64,000 nt of DNA from Octopus sinensis. Lineage: Eukaryota. Numbering within the stretch: the stretch's first letter is position 1; every line of letters begins with the position of its first letter. The stretch is taken from NCBI RefSeq assembly GCF_006345805.1, contig NC_042998.1:83514001-83578000 (forward strand), read 5' to 3'. This document shows positions 63,121 to 64,000 of this stretch, one piece after another. The notes under the pieces are model-generated. The model was given only the letters and a program-made list of their open reading frames with translations, was not told where the DNA came from and ran no database searches. A program made the position numbers and the translations under genes.

Positions 63121-63960
63121 GAGGATCTTCGTCGATGCCTCCACCAAATTTGGAAGTGGTCTAACGAATGGGACCTGTGTCTGAACGTGTCAAAGTGCTG
63201 TCATCTGCCTGTTGGCTCTCCTCCTGCAACTCAACTTGATTTCGAGCCGGGTCGTCTGCTGCTGGAGAGGACCGATCAGGTAAAGGACCTGGGTATCTTG
63301 GTGGATTCCTCCTTTTCGCCTTCAGCCCAGTGCGTCCATGCTGCCAACAAAGCACGCGGAATTCTGTTCTTGATTCAACGGTCATTCGGAATGCTCACAG
63401 CAGCCATATTCCTACCACTCTATGTCACGCTGGTGAGACCCATATTGGAGTACGGGATTCAAGCCTCCTCTCCTTATCTCCTCAAAGACATACAGCATCT
63501 CGAAAGAGTCCAGAAGCTGGCTACCCGCATGGTTCATGGTCTCAAAAATTTGTCCTATGAAGAAAGGCTGAGGACGCTCGACCTTTATTCTCTTGAAAAA
63601 CGCCGCCGCCGTGGTGATCTCATTCTCGCCCACAACATCATAAGCGGAAAGTGTAACCTCTCGGAAGAGCTGTTCTTCACTCCTGCTCCAGTACGTCGGC
63701 TGCGGGGTCATTCCGAAAAGCTCTACCTGCGACGATTTCATCTCAATCGAAGGAGAGGAGCTTTCTCCGTCCGGGTTGCGGATCCGTGGAACAAGCTGCC
63801 AGACGAGATGGTGAAGATGCCGACGACCGCTTTGTTCAAAGCCTCCCTTGACCTCAAGTGACCTGAACTCTTCACATGAACACCACCCTGTACTTAACTC
63901 CATGTCCCCCTACATGGCCTTGCTATTTGCTTTTGAGCCAAATTAACTAACTAACTAACC
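63121..63960 (+). mobile_element. 5'-truncated CR1-clade LINE (RT C-terminal part, 3' UTR, (CTAA)n tail)
   Basis: Uninterrupted frame 63121-63861 (EDLRRCLHQIWKWSNEW...KDLGILVD...LYVTLVRPILEY...LERVQKLATR...YEERL...RRRRGDL...RGHSEKL...WNKLP). Tail AACTAACTAACTAAC. Confidence 0.92.
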
Positions 63961-64000
63961 CAATTTCATTCAAGTCTACTCAGGCCACATTTTAAAGATG

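Overview
Repeat-saturated, AT-rich eukaryotic DNA, probably from a coleoid cephalopod such as Octopus (inferred from tRNA-derived SINE families, RTE tails ending in (GAT)n and abundant (TA)n; not verifiable without a search). One host coding region is supported: a 1.8-kb minus-strand terminal exon encoding about 14 ankyrin repeats plus a SOCS box (ASB-like). The rest is a patchwork of mobile DNA: a nearly full-length RTE LINE with an uninterrupted APE-RT frame and a PHD-type finger, nested in a hAT MITE; a decayed RTE fragment; CR1/L2-group fragments; three or four SINE families; hAT and Tc1/mariner MITEs; Helitron-like elements; fold-back palindromes; and micro/minisatellites. The most striking signal is invisible to the ORF track. 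It is a (TA)n-flanked tandem array of three ~475-bp units (31901-33322), each carrying a type I hammerhead ribozyme, consistent with a retrozyme or Penelope pseudo-LTR array. At least five further hammerhead motifs from unrelated sequence families lie elsewhere in the window. They share near-palindromic stem III regions, and some show recurrent non-canonical core features (U10.1-U11.1, U4C). All folding was done by eye, and repeat boundaries are approximate unless TSDs or TIRs are given.
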